A stretch of 63,918 bases of DNA, the filler included, from Phoronis australis (lineage: Eukaryota; Animalia; Phoronida): the NCBI GenBank assembly GCA_002633005.1. It is 6 parts of 6 records of this genome, joined end to end, with 100 filler letters (N's around TTAATTAATTAA, not from the genome) between each part and the next. Parts side by side here need not be neighbours in the genome. Positions count along the whole stretch, not along the records: positions 60,727 to 62,484 come from NMRA01001967.1; positions 62,585 to 63,918 come from NMRA01001555.1; 4 more parts are not named here. One strand, 5' to 3'. The translations under genes and the position numbers were made by a program. This document shows, piece after piece, positions 61,891 to 63,918 of the stretch; within the stretch, counting starts at the first letter, position 1; every line of letters starts with the position of its first letter. A model generated the notes under the pieces. The model was not told where the DNA came from. It searched no databases and saw only the letters and a list, made by a program, of their open reading frames with translations.

Positions 61891-63918
61891 GGAAAAACTT
61901 GAGCCAATTGCACAATGTGAGTGGTTAAATCTAAAGTTCATTTTAGTGATGGAAGGTGGCTTTATACTCACTTAATTTTTTACAACACCTAAAAAGAGAG
62001 ATTGTGCGTGCGCAACCCACACTCATAACTAGTGTGACAGATAAGTTGGGACAGCCAGACACTTTAATGGCAAGTCGCATAATGTTTTGCCTTCGCATAG
62101 ATCTGCCGGAAAAAAATAATTCCTGAAAAAGGTTAATTCTTTGCCATTATTCCATGTAAAGCTTACAAATTTTATGAGCCCCAGATATTAAGCGCCATTT
62201 CAAGTATGAGAGAGTAAATTAAATACAGTACTAGATTTCAGCAACAAAAAGTTGAAATATTAGCTGAAAATTTTTTTAGAACACAAGACATAAATAACTG
62301 TTATAATACATTTCAAGGAATGATGAAGACGTTAATGCATTCAGAATATTTATTTATTTGTCTTATATATATAATATGTGCACAGCCAATAGTACTTCAC
62401 ACTGACAACATAAATTTACCATCATGTAAGGATCATCCACCAGAGGGTAGAAGAAGTCTGTTGTTTGCACAAGGGAGAGTCCACNNNNNNNNNNNNNNNN
62501 NNNNNNNNNNNNNNNNNNNNNNNNNNNNTTAATTAATTAANNNNNNNNNNNNNNNNNNNNNNNNNNNNNNNNNNNNNNNNNNNNTGTATAGAATAGTGTA
62601 AGGTTCTTTTGAACTACACTCTTAGCATTAGATTCTTTCAACATATTTTGATTTGATCATCAAAATTATGGATTTAAAGTAGCTTCAGGAATTGGAATTG
62701 CCACCTCAAGTAAAATTTTCGTACTAGCAAAAACTAAGAAATGCATCTTTTCATTTCCATCATAATTTCTTTGTCCAAATGCTGTAGCCATCAAGAAAAG
62801 TTCCTTTTAGTTGTTGGCAGATGGCCAACGCAGGTTGCAAGAAGTTGTACATTGAAGTTGTGAATCTGTTACTAGGAAAACATTGCCACTGTTGCAAAAA
62901 CCACTGAAATTCAAAGAGTCTACAGAATGGATGTATTGCAACAATTTCTGAATAAGCTGATTCTGTGAGTAGCTGTTACAAAATGGACAATTTGCTACCA
63001 GCTTTTTGCGCATTCATTGCAATATCGTTAAAGCATAAATCTTTACAGTATGTGTTTCACTTACTGTCTGGTTGGAATTAAGATGAAACCGACTTTAGAT
63101 TTAATGGTTTTCCTTACACAGTTCAAACTATGGATATTGGTACCTTCATGATGTTGATTATAATGGCTCCTATAGCGATTCACCTCCTCCTGCTATCAAA
63201 AAGATTTTTATCACAGGCTTCAAACTAGGATTGAACATTATGTAGTGTTTCACATTGTTGCTTGTGCTATGGAGAAATATGACAAATTGCTGTGTTGATC
63301 TTCGTGTTGGTGATTGACCCAACAGTAAAAGGTATCATTTGTGAAAACCTTATTTAGTCAGCCTATCAAAGGGACATTCTCGGTGAGAAAAGAAATTTTG
63401 CAGTTGAACAGAATCTAACCCACTGGTTGGGCAATCGCTGCCGAATGTCTGCTGCTGACCAAAACCCCACATTTTGACTTTGAAAATAATCATTCCCCCA
63501 ACTTTTTCAGTGCTCTGGCGTCCATGGTCTATGGGTGGTGTACCACAGGGGGACGGGGGGGAGGCTATAGCCTAACCACTTTTTTCAGTGCTGTGTTGCC
63601 CATGACAATGCTATTGTTTGGACAAGTTGGGACACATTTTAAAGCGGTCAGCAGTCGAAATGCTATGTTGGCTTCTTGGAAGTAACGAGGTTTATATAGT
63701 TTCTTAGAGAGGGAGGGGGTGAGGTTTGTTGCTATAGCAGGCCTGTAGGAACGCAAAATTATTGGGGGGAATAAACCATTTCGGCTTCGTCAAACAACCC
63801 CCCCCCCCCATCGCCACCACCTCCTCAGACCCTCCCTGTCGTGCCTGTGCTTCCGATGCCACCATACTTGTACCGAATCTCTCACATATCCCCCCTAGGT
63901 GGGGGTCAGTGGCGGGGT

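Noticed and set aside
62600-63330. Decayed hAT transposase on the minus strand
   Set aside because: Only vague motif resemblance with many stops; cannot be supported.

Overview
AT-rich, TE-dense eukaryotic DNA, most likely from an invertebrate; the species cannot be determined from the sequence. Five identical 100-nt N44-TTAATTAATTAA-N44 linkers split the window into six blocks that may not be neighbours in the genome. Host genes: a complete 7-exon COMMD3 (minus strand, 195 aa, all GT-AG junctions reconstructed), the last coding exon of METTL6 facing it tail-to-tail, and one exon of a GPR157-like GPCR. The rest is mostly mobile DNA: four Tx1/L1-clade LINEs (one near full length), a CR1/L2-type LINE fragment, a Gypsy LTR element, a Penelope GIY-YIG fragment, two Kolobok deletion derivatives, a decayed ISL2EU-like element, P-, hAT- and Harbinger-like MITEs, Helentron-like arrays and minisatellites. 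Most notable observations: (1) a decayed, apparently intronless FN3-TM-kinase gene that can be reassembled after removing five TE insertions; (2) two unrelated tandem-repeat families that each carry one CTCF-consensus motif per monomer; (3) a palindrome array with compensatory stem substitutions; (4) an orphan ORF cut by a MITE; (5) a 112-codon open frame directly after the COMMD3 stop. All family assignments rest on motif recognition by eye; no database searches were run.
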